DNA of 63,940 bases from Chara braunii (lineage: Eukaryota > Plantae > Charophyceae), in assembly GCA_003427395.1 (NCBI GenBank), contig BFEA01000042.1, positions 1,988,048 to 2,051,987 of the forward strand. Reading direction: 5' to 3'. The position numbers and the translations under genes are program-made. Below the pieces are notes generated by a model. The model made no database searches. It was not told the origin of the DNA and saw nothing but the letters and a program-made list of their open reading frames with translations. This document shows, one piece after another, positions 34,356 to 47,120 of this stretch. The first letter of the stretch is position 1. Each line of letters starts with the position of its first letter.

Positions 34356-37209
34356 CTATGGACCTTCAGGGGTTCGTCCGTCCAAACACAATCCTCGTTT
34401 TTTGACGTCTGAACTGTCGGTCCGCTTCGAAGTTAAGGCGTCGGGATAACAGGACTCGAAATCAGATAACTGTCGGTCTGCTAGCTCTTGCTTCCTGGTA
34501 ACAGTGACGAACATGACATCATCAACAAGGCGATGACCAAACACGCTGCGGGCATGTCTACCCAGGCTACGAAGAAACAAAAACTCTGAGTATGCACACA
34601 AAATCCCGGCCAAGGGGCGGCTCGTTGTTTTCCCCATCGGGATCCCAACCACCTGCTACAGCAACACACCGGTAGCAAAGGTATACGTGTGTTTCAACTC
34701 CAATTCGACGAAGGCCATCATCTCAGTGAGGTTCAATTTGCGCCAGTGGTCCGCGTCAGTAGTCACCCTGAAGGAGGCATCTCGCCCCCTCGTGTTGACC
34801 CAAATGAAGGTCCTCTCCTTTGATAGGTGGAAAGTGATGATCCACTCAACGGCCCGCAAGATGTCGCTATGTGGAGGGCGACTGAACATTTCCTTTATGT
34901 CGAAGGAGTGAGAAGTCACATTGTATCCTTGCCCCAAACGTACAATCCTCTTGTTGGTATCGTGAAGACGTCGTGGCAACAATGATATCGATGGTCGGTG
35001 GAAGTGCCAACCTCGTGGAACTGTCGCGAGCAAATGAAATAGGGTTTTAGAAACCAATCTACCCATTTTAACCATTGGTTCATTAAACGTCGGGCAGATC
35101 GGTCTGTACCGACCCAAGTCCTTGTGCTTGGGTACGATATACGCCGATCCGAATCTCCCCGACTTCTCCCATTTGAAAAAATTCCCCTGTCCCGCAGCCG
35201 TCATATCCTCTCTAATCTCCCGCAGAGTCACTTCTTCGGATGCCCCTATGATCTTGTACCCTGGATTCAACACAAATGTATTTATCATCCCATCGTAAAA
35301 CACCGCGGGACACATTACGAGGGTCTCTCCAGGGTTCCGATCAAGTGGAGTAAGAATTAATCCTTCAAATAATTTTTTCACCTCGAGGACATGGTGCTCA
35401 TATAGACACGATACAAGTGGTTCGGCCTGTGAGAAACACTCACGCAGGGTGTCGATCGACACCAAGGGTGGTTTCTAACGAACCGCTATTTCTTTCTGGA
35501 GACTAACTACTCTGTCGTTCTTCAACACACGTGGTATATTCTTCGCATTGTGTAACAACGGGTGGATACCTTCAAACTGACTTAAGCAAAAGCGAACGTG
35601 GCCCTCCTCACGCGGATAGGGCAAACCTGCACAACTACAGGTGAGCACACACCTATTCGCAAATGTACGGTGGTTGTGTACTATCTCCGCTATGGACGGG
35701 TTCTTAACCCATACAATGCGGATTTTCCTCCGATTTTGCTGCAAGTAGCAAGAAGGTAAGTCACACATCATCAAGCAATCGTTCATGAGCTTACGTAAAT
35801 CCGACAACTTAATCCGGTCATTATATTTCACACGAAACACAGGATCAGCCCCCATGCAAATATCGAAACAATCCCGAAAAATTCGGGAGATCAACCGCCA
35901 CAAATACTTCCGAGTTGACTTTCGGAAAAAATCTTTAATCACATTATACAACCTGAGCAACGACTTAACACCCCAACCATATACCTCATTCAGCCTGCAC
36001 GGATTCCGGAGAATCCCAATTAACACTCCCTTCAGATAGTAGCACCTAGATTTCCACTTGCAAATGTGAGCTAAGCGAAAGACACCCCCTCCCTCAAAGA
36101 CAGTTCTGCACTCCTTCAGTCTTCTAACCTCCCGTTCAACAATAACTTTTGTCTCACCGAATATCTTAACAATGCCCTTCCAACCACCGCTCCATACATT
36201 ACCAGGCTCAAATTCACACAAAACGTCGGTGCGCCCTATCGCATGATTCTCGTTTAGTGTGCGGAAAAAGTTAATGCCCCACGGCTCATTCCGATTCTGG
36301 CGCGTTCGAACTGGGACAAAATTAACCTTGCTCACAGACGGCTCATGATTTTTCTCCCTCCGTCCCGACTTACATCTTTTTTCCGGATACCTTGGGAATT
36401 TCGGCGGTGTTAAGATACGGTGACCATTGCTGAATGTACAACTTCTCGAGATTACCTAGGTCCGTCACTTCTAGAACGTCAACAGGAATTAGCACGTACT
36501 TCTCAATACCAAATGTCCAGATCCACCTATCGAAGTGTGACTGCTTCCGTGCTCGACAAACATATTTGTGCTCGCGCCATCTCACTATGGTGCTACGTGT
36601 TGTCTTCCCGACATAGAGAGATTTACAATAGGGTGAAGCCCCTATATATACACAGTTAGATAATCGGAGAAATTCAAGGTCATGCTTATCATATAGTCGC
36701 AGCCAGTTTTTAGTGCACAACAACCATTTCGTCAAAACGGACATATTATATGTTTTGAACGAAATCAAAACTGACTTTTTTTGCCGAAATCCGGTCGGAA
36801 GTTTTTGCTCCTGGTGTTCCGGAGTTTTTACCCCCTATGTATGTGGTCTATGGTTGAGACCAGATACAATTTTTTTTATTTTTTTTTTTTTTTTTTTTTA
36901 ATCTGTTCTCAACCATAGACCACATACATGTAGGGGGTCCGGCGTTTTGGGAACGCCAGAGCCCCAGGAGCAAAAAAATCCGACTGGATTTTGGCAAAAA
37001 AATTCAGTTTTGATTTCGTTCAAAAAATATAATATGTCCGTTTTGACGAAATGGCTGTTGCACTTACTTAACCAACGAATCTGTCCATCCAGCGCCAAGC
37101 TCAGGATCACCAGACATAGCAGCTCCTCCACTCTCTGGTCAAACGCATAGGACTCCCCTCTCAACTCAGTGATGAATTTGCAAAGCTTCCACAGCTTCGG
37201 CGTCTCCAA
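34356..37209 (-). pseudogene. PLE1 ORF2: N-terminal GIY-YIG endonuclease and reverse transcriptase (thumb region missing)
   Basis: CVYIG..LYVGKT..RWREH..LE..YI...LN; YRPICP; FDIKEMF; GIPMG; RLVDD. Confidence 0.9.
36713..37063. mobile_element. Foldback MITE with TTA TSD (PIF/Harbinger-like)
   Basis: It has ~160-bp inverted arms. Removing it and one TTA restores IRWLSK-NWLRL in the PLE1 ORF2 frame. Confidence 0.9.
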
Positions 37210-37215
37210 GGGCTC

Positions 37216-38670
37216 TCAAGCCACCACATCGTCGGATCCAACACCTCGGTCCAAGCCATCCGCCAGGTCCTCCGATTCCTCCACACAAATCACCTCGGCA
37301 CTTTCCTGCGTCGCCGTGCCGAATTTCATCATTGCCCTCACATCGGCGATATCGAGTATCGACTCGATCTTGCCGTTGTAAGGAACACCCTCCTTCTTGC
37401 ATAGTTTCTGAAGTTCAACGGCATCCAGTGTCTTTAATTCGTCGATTATCTTATTCCTGTGTCGCAGACGCTCCAGGGCACCGCGGGTAACAGGAGTAAA
37501 CAACAGTATTAATGGAGAGGCCGCCATAACCATCTTTGGCGTCTTCGGGGTCTTCCGATCTGAAAGCTGAGTCTTCACCGGTGATTTGATAGTGCGTGGA
37601 CGTCCGGGGGTCTTCCGTAATGGCATCACACTCGACGGCCCTCGCGCCTTTGCTCTGGTCATACGAGCCATCAGCCTCACAGGTTTCAGTACGCCATGCT
37701 TCGGTGTTGCTTGGGCCGCTTCTCCATGGGCGGACTCTCGTTAAGCACAACCTCTGGTTCCCGTTTCCGTTTTTCCGAAATCTGCAGTTTTGAGGTGCGA
37801 TCACTCAGCTCATGCGTGACACTCGTGCCTGCGGTGACCGCGGCCACGGGGGATTCATAGGTTGGCTTCACTCTCGTGTTCGGACTCAAGGTTGGAAGCG
37901 TACGTAACCTTCTTCTTTCCTTTTTTGTCACCTGCCGTGTATAGTGGCCCGGATATGCTCTTACGTTCTTGCGAACGCCTCTAATCTTTTCTCCATTAAT
38001 AATAACAAACTCTTTTGTTTGTCTAAATAAGTATACGTTTTTTTTGCTACTTTTTGAACAGGCAGATTACCATAAAAAATAGATAACTTTTTAATCGCTC
38101 ACGGTGTGCAGCCTCTGGAACCTGCTGTCCTCCATCTCGCTAATCCTGATTGTCACCGAGAGGTCTACGTCCTTCTTCATCTGGGCACGTCTCTCCCTTT
38201 CTGCATCCGCTGCTTTCTTCTGTTCTTCGGCACATTTTCGGGCCTTCTCCGCCGCCCGTGCTTCCTTCGCCTCTTGCTTTAATCTCTCGGCCTCCTCCTG
38301 TTCGTCCGCGTCCTTCATCTCACGTTTCTTCCGTGCTTTTTCCTCCTTCAGGTTCTGCTGCTCGACGAAGTCATGCATGGCTGACACGGATTTGCTCAAC
38401 TTCATCACCGTAGCTCAAATCTCTGAGTCCCTCTCCCGTGACTCCCTTCTTCTCCATGGGTCGTATCTTCTTGGAGATCGAGATCCGCGGGAATCCACGG
38501 AAGTCGATGGTCTTGCTGCGTGATGGTGCCTCGGGACTCGATTTGGGCACTGGTTCGCGTAGTGCCGTGGTTCATTACATGAGAAACATGTAGGAGGTTT
38601 GTACCACCTCCGGTCATCCGGACCGCCTCCGCCAGCAGGTCCACCATCGCGCTGATCTGCATTCGCCATC
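37216..38670 (-). pseudogene. PLE1 ORF1: CCHC zinc knuckle, coiled coil, C-terminal SAP/HeH-like helix pair
   Basis: CFSCNEPRHYANQC; an E/K/R-rich coil; LDAVELQKLCKKEGVPY. Confidence 0.75.
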
Positions 38671-38947
38671 TCGACACCTCCCCTCAAAGTTCAATGCGTA
38701 GCCACCCACCACTACTCCACTCCGGCGATTCGTCGCAGTTCAACAGTTAACAGTCAACCGTCACCAGTTGTGTATACACGCTCACTCCACCCGGCTAAAC
38801 TGGACCCCAGCTACATTAACGTGCACAATACGTAATAGTCGTATTATCACAAAGCCAAACATCGAAGACGTTCAAACTTGCAAAGTATACAGCATCATTG
38901 AATGTTTCTGTTTCAAAAATATAGGAAGAATACAAGTTGGAGTGCGT

Positions 38948-38987
38948 CCCTGACACGTTTCGATGGCCACCGCCATCTCATCAGGGG
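38948..38987 (-). ncRNA. Minimal type I hammerhead ribozyme (PLE1 5' repeat; mutated copy at 33338-33379)
   Basis: The minus strand reads CCC-CUGAUGA-GAUGGC-GGUG-GCCAUC-GAAA-CGUG-UC-AGGG. The other copy has GAAA-CGCG-UC-GG but a broken CUGA box. Confidence 0.8.
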
Positions 38988-41049
38988 TTTTCCCCCCACC
39001 TCCCCCACACTAGTCAAGCTCCCCTTCCAACCCTCTCCCGTCGTTCGCTGCAGTAGTCTCCGGAGACCATCAGCAGACCCGGTTGTTAGTCCTGACAATA
39101 GAACACGCAATAAATGCTCATATACTCTAAACTACCGGGTCACAGACTGCACACCAAAAGCACTTACAACGGGTCCACACCGGTTGGTCCCATGCCTGGT
39201 TCCGAACCGGGCCCGACTACTCACAGAAAACGAAAAAAGTAAAAATGGAAATCCTAGCACAGTGTCGAGCTGTCCGGGTACTGCGCTCGCAAAACAAACT
39301 GAAACGGGTCATGGTGGTTGGTCACCGGCAAGGCCTCCCTTGGTCATGAGCCGGGCCTGACTCCTTGCTACACAAGCCAACATAGAAACGCCAAAATAGA
39401 AGAATGAATGAAACGGTTCCGTCGCAGTGACGTGCTATCAAGGTACCCCCTGTCCTAATAGCCGATTAAAGCCTGGTGTCTTTTCTTCCTCCATTTGGAG
39501 AAACGCTGTCCATATTTCATTTTTTAGGAGTGACATTTCCAGGGTCTATCTCTGTTGCGGGGACAATTGTTTGTCCGAGGGCTGAAGAAAATTCTCCAGG
39601 TCCCGCTCCCTATTATATGCTTGCGTGTTCCAGATTTTCGACGAGTAGAGGTGTTTGAAGAATGTCCTCGTGATGAGTGTGCAATGTGCCATATTTGTAG
39701 CTATGACCTCCTCTCCCTTGGCCGGCTTGAAGAGTGTCTCGACTATTGTCCTTCGAGCGCAGGTTGTCGCCATACTGAAAACATGGCTATCCATTGTGGC
39801 TTCTGTGGTGAGTTTAACCGTCTTCCTTCTGACCCTCGCACCCTGTCATCTATATTGTGCAAGCTGCAACATACATTTTTTTAACTGTTGAATAATGTTT
39901 ATATGCTCTTGTGAGTCTGCTTGTTGTTCTATGTCGAGAAGCTCCTTATAAATATCAAGTTCCTGGCAATGTTGTCAGGCTGCCTTTTCCTTAGAAAAGT
40001 CCTTGCATTTTTTGGCAAGGAAAATCAGACCATTAGTAAACCATGTGCAGTGGGATTTAAAGTGGGGCTTTTGTTGCTGCCAATATTGTCACACATCACG
40101 AACGAAATGCAGGAAAAAATGGTCCTTCAACAAGGAGGTCTTTAATTTATAGAAACCATGACCCTGATCGGGCTGCTTTCGCATTGTCAAGATGATTCCA
40201 CAAATCTTGATATCTTGTGATCCAGACCCAGGTATGGGTTACGCGGCAGAATAGCAGCCCATCGTAGCGCGCCTTCCAGGTCCTTTGAAGGAAGGATCAA
40301 GTCGATTTGTGAACCAGACAATCTCATCGGGTCGTTGTTCCTGACATATTTGAGCGTACAATCATTTGGGTGCAGGCGGCAAAAAATATCAAAAAGAGAA
40401 AGGGAATCACACAAGTCTGCTAACATTTGCCCGTCCTCTTCCACAACGAAGGTGGGAGATGCCTGTGGGTTCCGTCTATCCTGCCATCTATTAGGGGCCG
40501 CATAAAAGTCCACTGCAATCACCAGCGGGATCCCCTCTGGTATTTGCAGCCCAAGCCCCTCGAGGAACATTCTTCTCTCGCCTACTGTGTTCGGGGAATG
40601 TATACAAATGATGCAAAGCAACTCTTGTTCCACATCTCTATCATTGAGACCAACTGTCCCTCCTCCTCGTCTGTTGTTTAGTGGGCCGGTTTGATTCTAG
40701 AGTCGGCGGGTATCCATATCGCAACCCCTGCCGAACCCGGTCTGGGAGAATGGGCCCAAAATGCCGGGTGGGGCCACACCATTTTTTTGGCTCTGTGATG
40801 CTCCAGTCTGTCTTCTAAGTTGGTCGCCTGGATGCACACCACATCCGGCCACCGTCTCCCCCCCCCCCCTCAAGCCTGTCTTTTCTCTGGGTTGCACAGG
40901 GCTAGCCGGGCTAGGCCATTCACGTTGATCGATCGCATGTCTAGATTCGCAGCTTGCACACATCGTTGCCAGACTGGGTTCCTGCAATATAGTGTTTCTA
41001 TGTCTTCCATGTTGTTTTTCGACTGTCGTTAACGGCGGGCTAACTGGTA

Positions 41050-41900
41050 TCAGGTAGTGTTTCCTTCAGAAAGAAAGGAAGGCGGTCTATCGTATCAGAG
41101 TGCTAGAAGAGGATAGAGGTTGGATGGCTTACAGACCGATGACACCGATTTCCGACGTACCCCTCGACCCCAGTGAATGGAGGTGGAGCCCAACAAACCA
41201 GGTTGACCTTGCCAATCAAAGAGGAAGGAGGGTCCAAACGAAAGTGGATCTAACCCACCTGAAGGCAAAGACAACGTATAGAATGTTAAGAGCGTAAAAG
41301 AATCTGCGAGACATCGTAGAGGACAGGTGGCAGCGCCAACTCAATGTTGAACGAGGCCTGCTGAGACCGATCAAGTGGTTTGGGGACTACAAGCTGAAGC
41401 CAACAAAGATCTCCTCCCTGGAATGGCGGATAGCCCACCGCTGCCTGCCAACAAATGACTGGCCGATTGACCACACCAGTCTGGAACAGCAAGGGCGGGC
41501 AATGTCGTGCTGTCGAAGATGCCTGCAAAATTTTCCATCTCATAAGCACGAAGAGACACAAGAGCATATTTTCAAGCAATGGCCCTCATCGGTACTACTA
41601 TGGCGCTGGTGGGATAGGGTCTGGCGTCAGGGGGTACCAGACACGCCCTGGCCATGGGACTGGAGGCCCGTGGAGGGCAATCTTGCTGGGACATTACCCT
41701 CATGCCCAGGAGAGCACCTTTATAGAGAACCTCTTCCGCGTTGGTAGGTGATCGGTGCTCTGGGTGATATGGTGGAGGAGATGCATTTTGGAAAGGGAAG
41801 GAACCAAGGCGGAGGAAGGGGAGGTGACTGAGCAGCTTAAACTCTTGATCCAAAGTGAGATCACATCTTAGTGGCAGGCGACCAAGGTGAAATTGGATAG
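41050..41900 (+). mobile_element. LINE ORF2 C-terminal fragment (zf-RVT/CCHC region)
   Basis: WRIAHRCLPTN..CRRC..EETQEHIF..W(C)P, read across frameshifts. Confidence 0.7.
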
Positions 41901-42065
41901 CGTTCCCACGTGGGGAGACGCTGACTGGATCATTTCCCGGTTCGGTGAAGATTGGCTGGGGGGGAGGCGAGAAGGTTGGATGGTGGAGGTGCGGTGGACA
42001 GAAGATGGGCAAAAGAAAAAACAGGGGGATGAGCGGAATGTTTAGGACATACACGAGGGCCTGGC

Positions 42066-42890
42066 TAGGGACTACTGTACGGCATTTCGAGACTGGAAGA
42101 AAATTGGCCCCGAGCAGTGTTGTACCCCTGTTCACCGTTCACAGGGTCTGTGGACGGAAACCAGTCATGGCACGGAGAGCGGGATTGGTTTTTTTTTTTT
42201 TTTTTGCTGGGGGCAAGTTTTTTTTTTTTTTNNNNNNNNNNNNNNNNNNNNNNNNNNNNNNNNNNNNNNNNNNNNNNNNNNNNNNNNNNNNNNNNNNNNN
42301 NNNNNNNNNNNNNNNNNNNNNNNNNNNNNNNNNNNNNNNNNNNNNNNNNNNNNNNNNNNNNNNNNNNNNNNNNNNNNNNNNNNNNNNNNNNNNNNNNNNN
42401 NNNNNNNNNNNNNNNNNNNNNNNNNNNNNNNNNNNNNNNNNNNNNNNNNNNNNNNNNNNNNNNNNNNNNNNNNNNNNNNNNNNNNNNNNNNNNNNNNNNN
42501 NNNNNNNNNNNNNNNNNNNNNNNNNNNNNNNNNNNNNNNNNNNNNNNNNNNNNNNNNNNNNNNNNNNNNNNNNNNNNNNNNNNNNNNNNNNNNNNNNNNN
42601 NNNNNNNNNNNNNNNNNNNNNNNNNNNNNNNNNNNNNNNNNNNNNNNNNNNNNNNNNNNNNNNNNNNNNNNNNNNNNNNNNNNNNNNNNNNNNNNNNNNN
42701 NNNNNNNNNNNNNNNNNNNCCCGCCCCGATCCCGACCGTCCCGGCCTCCACGTGGGCGGAAACCCTGTGAACGGCCGCCGTGAGCGGATGTTCACAGAAT
42801 TCGGCCCCCGTGACCGGCCGGTCACGTTCAAGCGACCGGTGCCGGTCACGTTCACGGGACCGGGACTGGCCCCGAGACCCCACTTAGGCC
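42066..42890. mobile_element. Probable non-autonomous DNA transposon spanning an N gap
   Basis: It starts with TAGGG and has repeated GTTCAC/GTGAAC/CCGG motifs on both sides of the gap. Termini are unresolved. Confidence 0.35.
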
Positions 42891-43311
42891 AACGCAGGAG
42901 TTTGGAGACCGTTTCCCCCGCCGCACCCGCTAACCTTGGTCGAGAGCTTGTGAGGCAGAAACCGAGACCGTGTCCTTTTTTGTTTACTTCTTTTAACTTT
43001 ATCGCTTTTTCCCTACTCCTCTTTACCCCTGTTTTTTCTTTCGGTTTGCTGGTTTGGTCTATTATACCTTCAAGTTGTGATCCGATAGTATGACAACTTG
43101 AAGGAAAGAGGGCTGAGGTACAGGACCCTGCTGGTCCGCCTCAGAGGGTCCCCGTGCGCCTACAAGTCAGAGTAATGGGATGGGTTCTTTGGTAGGAGGT
43201 TAAGAAAGATAAGATGGGTAATGTTGCGGGTTGTTTTGAGTAGTCGGCATCTGTCAGATTGGATGGCAGGAAAATCAAGATGCATGTATATTTCACTTGC
43301 CTTCACTTAGA

Positions 43312-43525
43312 GAGCATGGCGCGTGCGCTGGCCTGCGGGCTGGCTAGTGGGCATGGCACGTGCGCTGGCTTGCGGGTTGGCTAGCGAGCATGACGTGTGC
43401 GCTTGCTTGCGGGCTGGCTAGGGGGCATGGCGCTTGCGCTGGCTTGCGAGCTGGCTAGCGAGCATGGCGCGTGCGCTGGCTTGCGGGCTGGCCAGCGGGC
43501 ATGGCGCGTGGGCTGGCTTGCGGTG
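43312..43525. repeat. ~37-bp minisatellite, about 6 copies
   Basis: Unit GCATGGCGCGTGCGCTGGCTTGCGGGCTGGCTAGCGA/GG. Confidence 0.9.
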
Positions 43526-44470
43526 TCGGCGTGAATACCCTTATAACGATATTCACCCTAGTTTTTGCAAGTGACAACAAATAAGTTTCATTCGAAATTT
43601 GAGTACACTGCACGAGTCGCTGTTGTGTTTTGTTCACGCTGTTTAGATGGTTGACTAGAAGCAAAGAGCCTGAGTGTGTGGACACGCAGTTTTGAGGTGC
43701 GCATGATGATTCTTATTTTGATATTATAGAGTCGACGTTTCCGTCGGTGAAAATTTGATTTTTGATTAAAACTATGAAGGTTGTTCTCCATCTTGAAGTG
43801 ACCAAGGTGCGTGTGCGCTCATACAGAAGACGACATCAGGCAGTAAGTTTGCTTTTGGGCGGTGATTAGAGCATGCGAGAGAGAATAAAACGTGAGCAGG
43901 GACCTCCACGCGGTGGACGCGGGAGGTTAATGGTCGTGGACTGAGTTGACAGGCCGAAGGAGTGATCTTGGAGTAGCGAATATGGGATTCTGCTAGTGCC
44001 AATGCCAGCCTTGGGCATAACACTATTGGTTACGATATTGGATTTTCGAGGTGGAGGCACGAGGATCGAGGGCGGCGACCGGTGGCGATGGAACATCAAA
44101 GCGGCCGAAGATGCCGTGGGGTTGAGGGCCTGGTGGGGCTGACCCCCTTGCTTTTTGTTGGGGCCCCATCCGTGGGCCCGGTCGACATAACTGAAAGGGG
44201 CACCGACAGTCTCCCTTCCCCAAACCACCGGTTCCCGATGCTTGTATTTTTATTTTTACTTTTATTTTTATTTTTCTTTAATTATTTTAGTCGCTGGTCC
44301 TGTTTCAAGGACGCAGCACCAGCATCAATACCGAGGTTGTTTGCACGGCACCAGCCAGCGTGGGCTGAAAGCGCCAGCAGTTGCAATTTCCGCGAAGTGG
44401 CCGTCACTACAGTCGAGGACCTTGACCACACTCCTATTTTGGCCGGCCCATTTGGGTTCCTGCATGTTCG

Positions 44471-45876
44471 GGATGCTAGCGAAATTCCTCTATCCTACCC
44501 GTCTTGAACCGAGGAGTTCGACGTGCATGCGAGTCGGTGGGTGACTAGCCCACGAGGGGGAGGAAGAAACCTGAGTGGCGGGACCCTCTGCGCATGCACC
44601 GTCCGTCGCCCACGATGTGCTGTGAAAGGTTTGAGTGTGAGCATGCCCGGTCGGGCCCCGCAGATGGTGAACTGTGCCTAGGCGCAGCAGGGCGGGGGAC
44701 CGGGGCAGCGGCCGCAGCAGCAACACTGACTGTGAGCAGCTGTGCGCACGAACCCCCTTCTCCACTTGGGTCTTCGGAGTTCTCATTTGTATATTTACTA
44801 CTACCACCAAGCTCTGCACTGGGACCTGCTCCACCTAGGCTCACGCAACAGGCGTCGCAGCAGGCCCAGAGGCGCCGAGGAGGGGCTCTCTGCAGCTGCA
44901 CCATCCGTTGCCCACAGTCTGTTGTGAAGGGTTTGAGTGTGAGCATGCCTGGTCGGGGCTCGAAAGTGGTGAACTATGCGTAGCCAGGGTAGGCCAGGGG
45001 TGCTGTGGAGGAGGCCCGCAGCCATACTGACATGCAAATTATTCGTCAGGCTTTGGTATAAGGGCGAAAGACTGATCTAACTGTCTCGTAGCTGGTTCCG
45101 CCGAAGCTCCCCTCAGAATAGCGGGGGCTGTTGGGCAGCGCAGTCACACAGCTATGAGAGCGAACTCACAATGAGGAGGCTCGCAGCTATACTGAGTTGC
45201 AAACGGCTCGTAGGACCGGGGCATAAAAGTTAAGACTGACCGAGCAGGCCGGGGAGGGGAAGCATGGAACAATGACTGTGGAATGACTGTCGCTTACCAC
45301 ACACACAAAACATGAATGACAAGTATGACAAGATGTATGACACTGGGTGTTGCGGACTAGTGGACTGCTTCATAATGCATCTTATGATGTTACCTCCCTC
45401 ACCCCTCCCCTGACTCACACATTCCACCACATCTACTTCACAGATGATTGATAGCTTACTCACGTACAACTTTAGCCAGTACACATAATACATGACTCGC
45501 TCATACAAAGACGCAATGCCCTGAAACACTGGTAAAGTCTCAGACCTTTGTACATCTTCCTTATAGGTAGAGAATGACAGACAATACATGACGATCAATT
45601 TCAATTAGGAGGACATTATTGCTGAGTTTAAGCGTAGTGGGCTAATTGAAAATACAAGGGGCTGCAAAATTGCACTGGGTCAACAGAGTAGGTGGGGCTC
45701 CAAGAGGGGATGGGTGACAACAGCAGCTCCAAGGGAGTTCGGAACCCGGGGGGTTACAGTAGAATGACCACTGTGCACGTGCATTAACGGACAATGACCA
45801 GAGATTGATACATGTGACATTGTACGGTTTCCAGCAGGTGATTCTCCCCACCAATAGATCGAGCCGTGTCATTTGG

Positions 45877-45907
<31 letters not shown>

Positions 45908-45963
45908 CTGACCAAGCAGCCTAGTAGGAGGTTCCCTCCGAACTATCCTGGAGGATAGCGCAG
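44471..45963 (+). pseudogene. Three staggered degenerate 25S rRNA fragments (44471-44690; 44898-45128; 45174-45247 + 45920-45963)
   Basis: ACCCGTCTTGAA, GAGTGTGAGCATGCC, GATGGTGAACT.TGCC and GGGCGAAAGACT..GTAGCTGGTTCC..CCGAAG..CCCTCAG.ATAGC match conserved LSU sequence 3' of expansion segment D2. Confidence 0.85.
45248..45905 (+). mobile_element. 5'-truncated poly(A) retroposon with 14-bp TSD
   Basis: GACTGACCGAGCAG (45234-45247) and GACTGACCAAGCAG (45906-45919) flank it, with a poly(A) tail at 45877-45905. Confidence 0.85.
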
Positions 45964-47074
45964 CTGTTGAGGCCGAAGGCGGATCTGGACGCGAAGCTGT
46001 GCCTGGTGCAAGCAAAGCAGGGAGGAAAGCAGCTACGGGTGAATGTGGCTATAGCGGAGGTTGAAGATGTATGCCCCCCTCGTTCCTCAGTGAAAATGAG
46101 CTGGAGAAGATGGTAGGCAAGGGTTTTTAGGGCGGGCGAATCTGAATTTGTGTTCAGTTTTAGTAAGGATAGTAGAGTAGGAGTTAGTAAAAAAACGGAG
46201 TGCGTGACGATGGTGGGAGCGCAACTATGGCAGAAGGCGGAATTTCATTATTTCACTCGATTCTTTATAGAATCGAACGACCTAAGATCCGATTCCGGCG
46301 TTTTCGGGCCTCGTGAATCCATCTATGAACTCAGATTGATGAGGTGGGGGGCGAAAATTGCACCAGGAGCAGTAGGAGTTGCGCCCCCACTACGGAAATG
46401 GGAACTTCGGTATTTGGCCATGATCTGGTGAAAAATTCATTTCGATGGAAGTAACGTTGGAGCAGCCGCGAAGATTGGAGACTTGCTCATCCTGACGATG
46501 GAAGTAGCCACCCACTAGCGCTCTGCATGGCTGGAAAATAACGTATCTTTCCATGATCTAAAGAAAGATCCATTCTTATTGCGGATATTTGGAGCGAAAT
46601 CGGCGGGGTGGGTGAGCAGTTCCGTTTGGCCGGGCGCAACTCGTTTACAGAGTCGCCATTGTCATCAAAGGACTTGTGCTACACTTATCTTAACCTTCAT
46701 GGCGATGCTCGCGTGTAGAGAGAGACAGAGAGGGGATAATTGGTAGAAAGAGCCCACGCCAAAACCTTTTCGGTTTTGGCCGCCCAAAGTTCGGCCGTTT
46801 GGTACTACCGGCCCAATCAACTTTTCCATGGGTGAAAGGCGTTCGCGCCGTGTGATTAGTACATCCAATCGTGCAACCTCAGCATAAACAGTAACAACAG
46901 TCATCAATCCACATCACATCGTCCAAGGACAGGAGACCAGAGAGAAATGAAGACAAAAGCAAAGGGAGCGAAGAAGAGGGAGGAAGAGGAGGAAGAGACA
47001 AGAAGAAACACTAGGATGAAAAAAGTTCTCCGGAACGCCACATTGAAAAATTTGAATGAACTACAGACGGCAAT

Positions 47075-47120
47075 GACCCGACTATTTTCGGCCGGCCGCC
47101 ACCGGCGCTCGTCAGGGGTC
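47075..47120 (-). ncRNA. Type I hammerhead ribozyme (PLE2 3' repeat)
   Basis: GACCC-CUGACGA-GCGCCGG..CCGGCC-GAAA-AUAG-UC-GGGUC. Confidence 0.8.

Larger units (their letters stand above)
33222..39471 (-). mobile_element. Penelope-like retroelement PLE1 with ~640-bp direct repeats (33222-33863; 38831-39471)
   Basis: Near-identical terminal direct repeats enclose ORF1 and a GIY-YIG-RT ORF2, with a hammerhead in each repeat. Confidence 0.9.
31300..41030 (-). mobile_element. L1/Tx1-type LINE ORF2 (APE + RT), decayed and split by PLE1
   Basis: APE motifs SINVNGL (~40930), DVVCIQ and IHSPN..VDFYA..IDLI..DH. RT motifs IDFEKAYD, VRQGDPIAPFLF and LFADDL. The KTPG motif is split across 39472/33221. 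Confidence 0.9.

Noticed and set aside
41945-43093. Long ORFs across N runs (also 52893-53418 and 57152-57584)
   Set aside because: They are open only because of N gaps or (GA)n/(CT)n tracts.
18898-45963. Functional rDNA unit or R2-type site-specific insertion
   Set aside because: The fragments are short, permuted and heavily mutated. The 45248 insert is not at the R2 target and has an ordinary TSD and poly(A).
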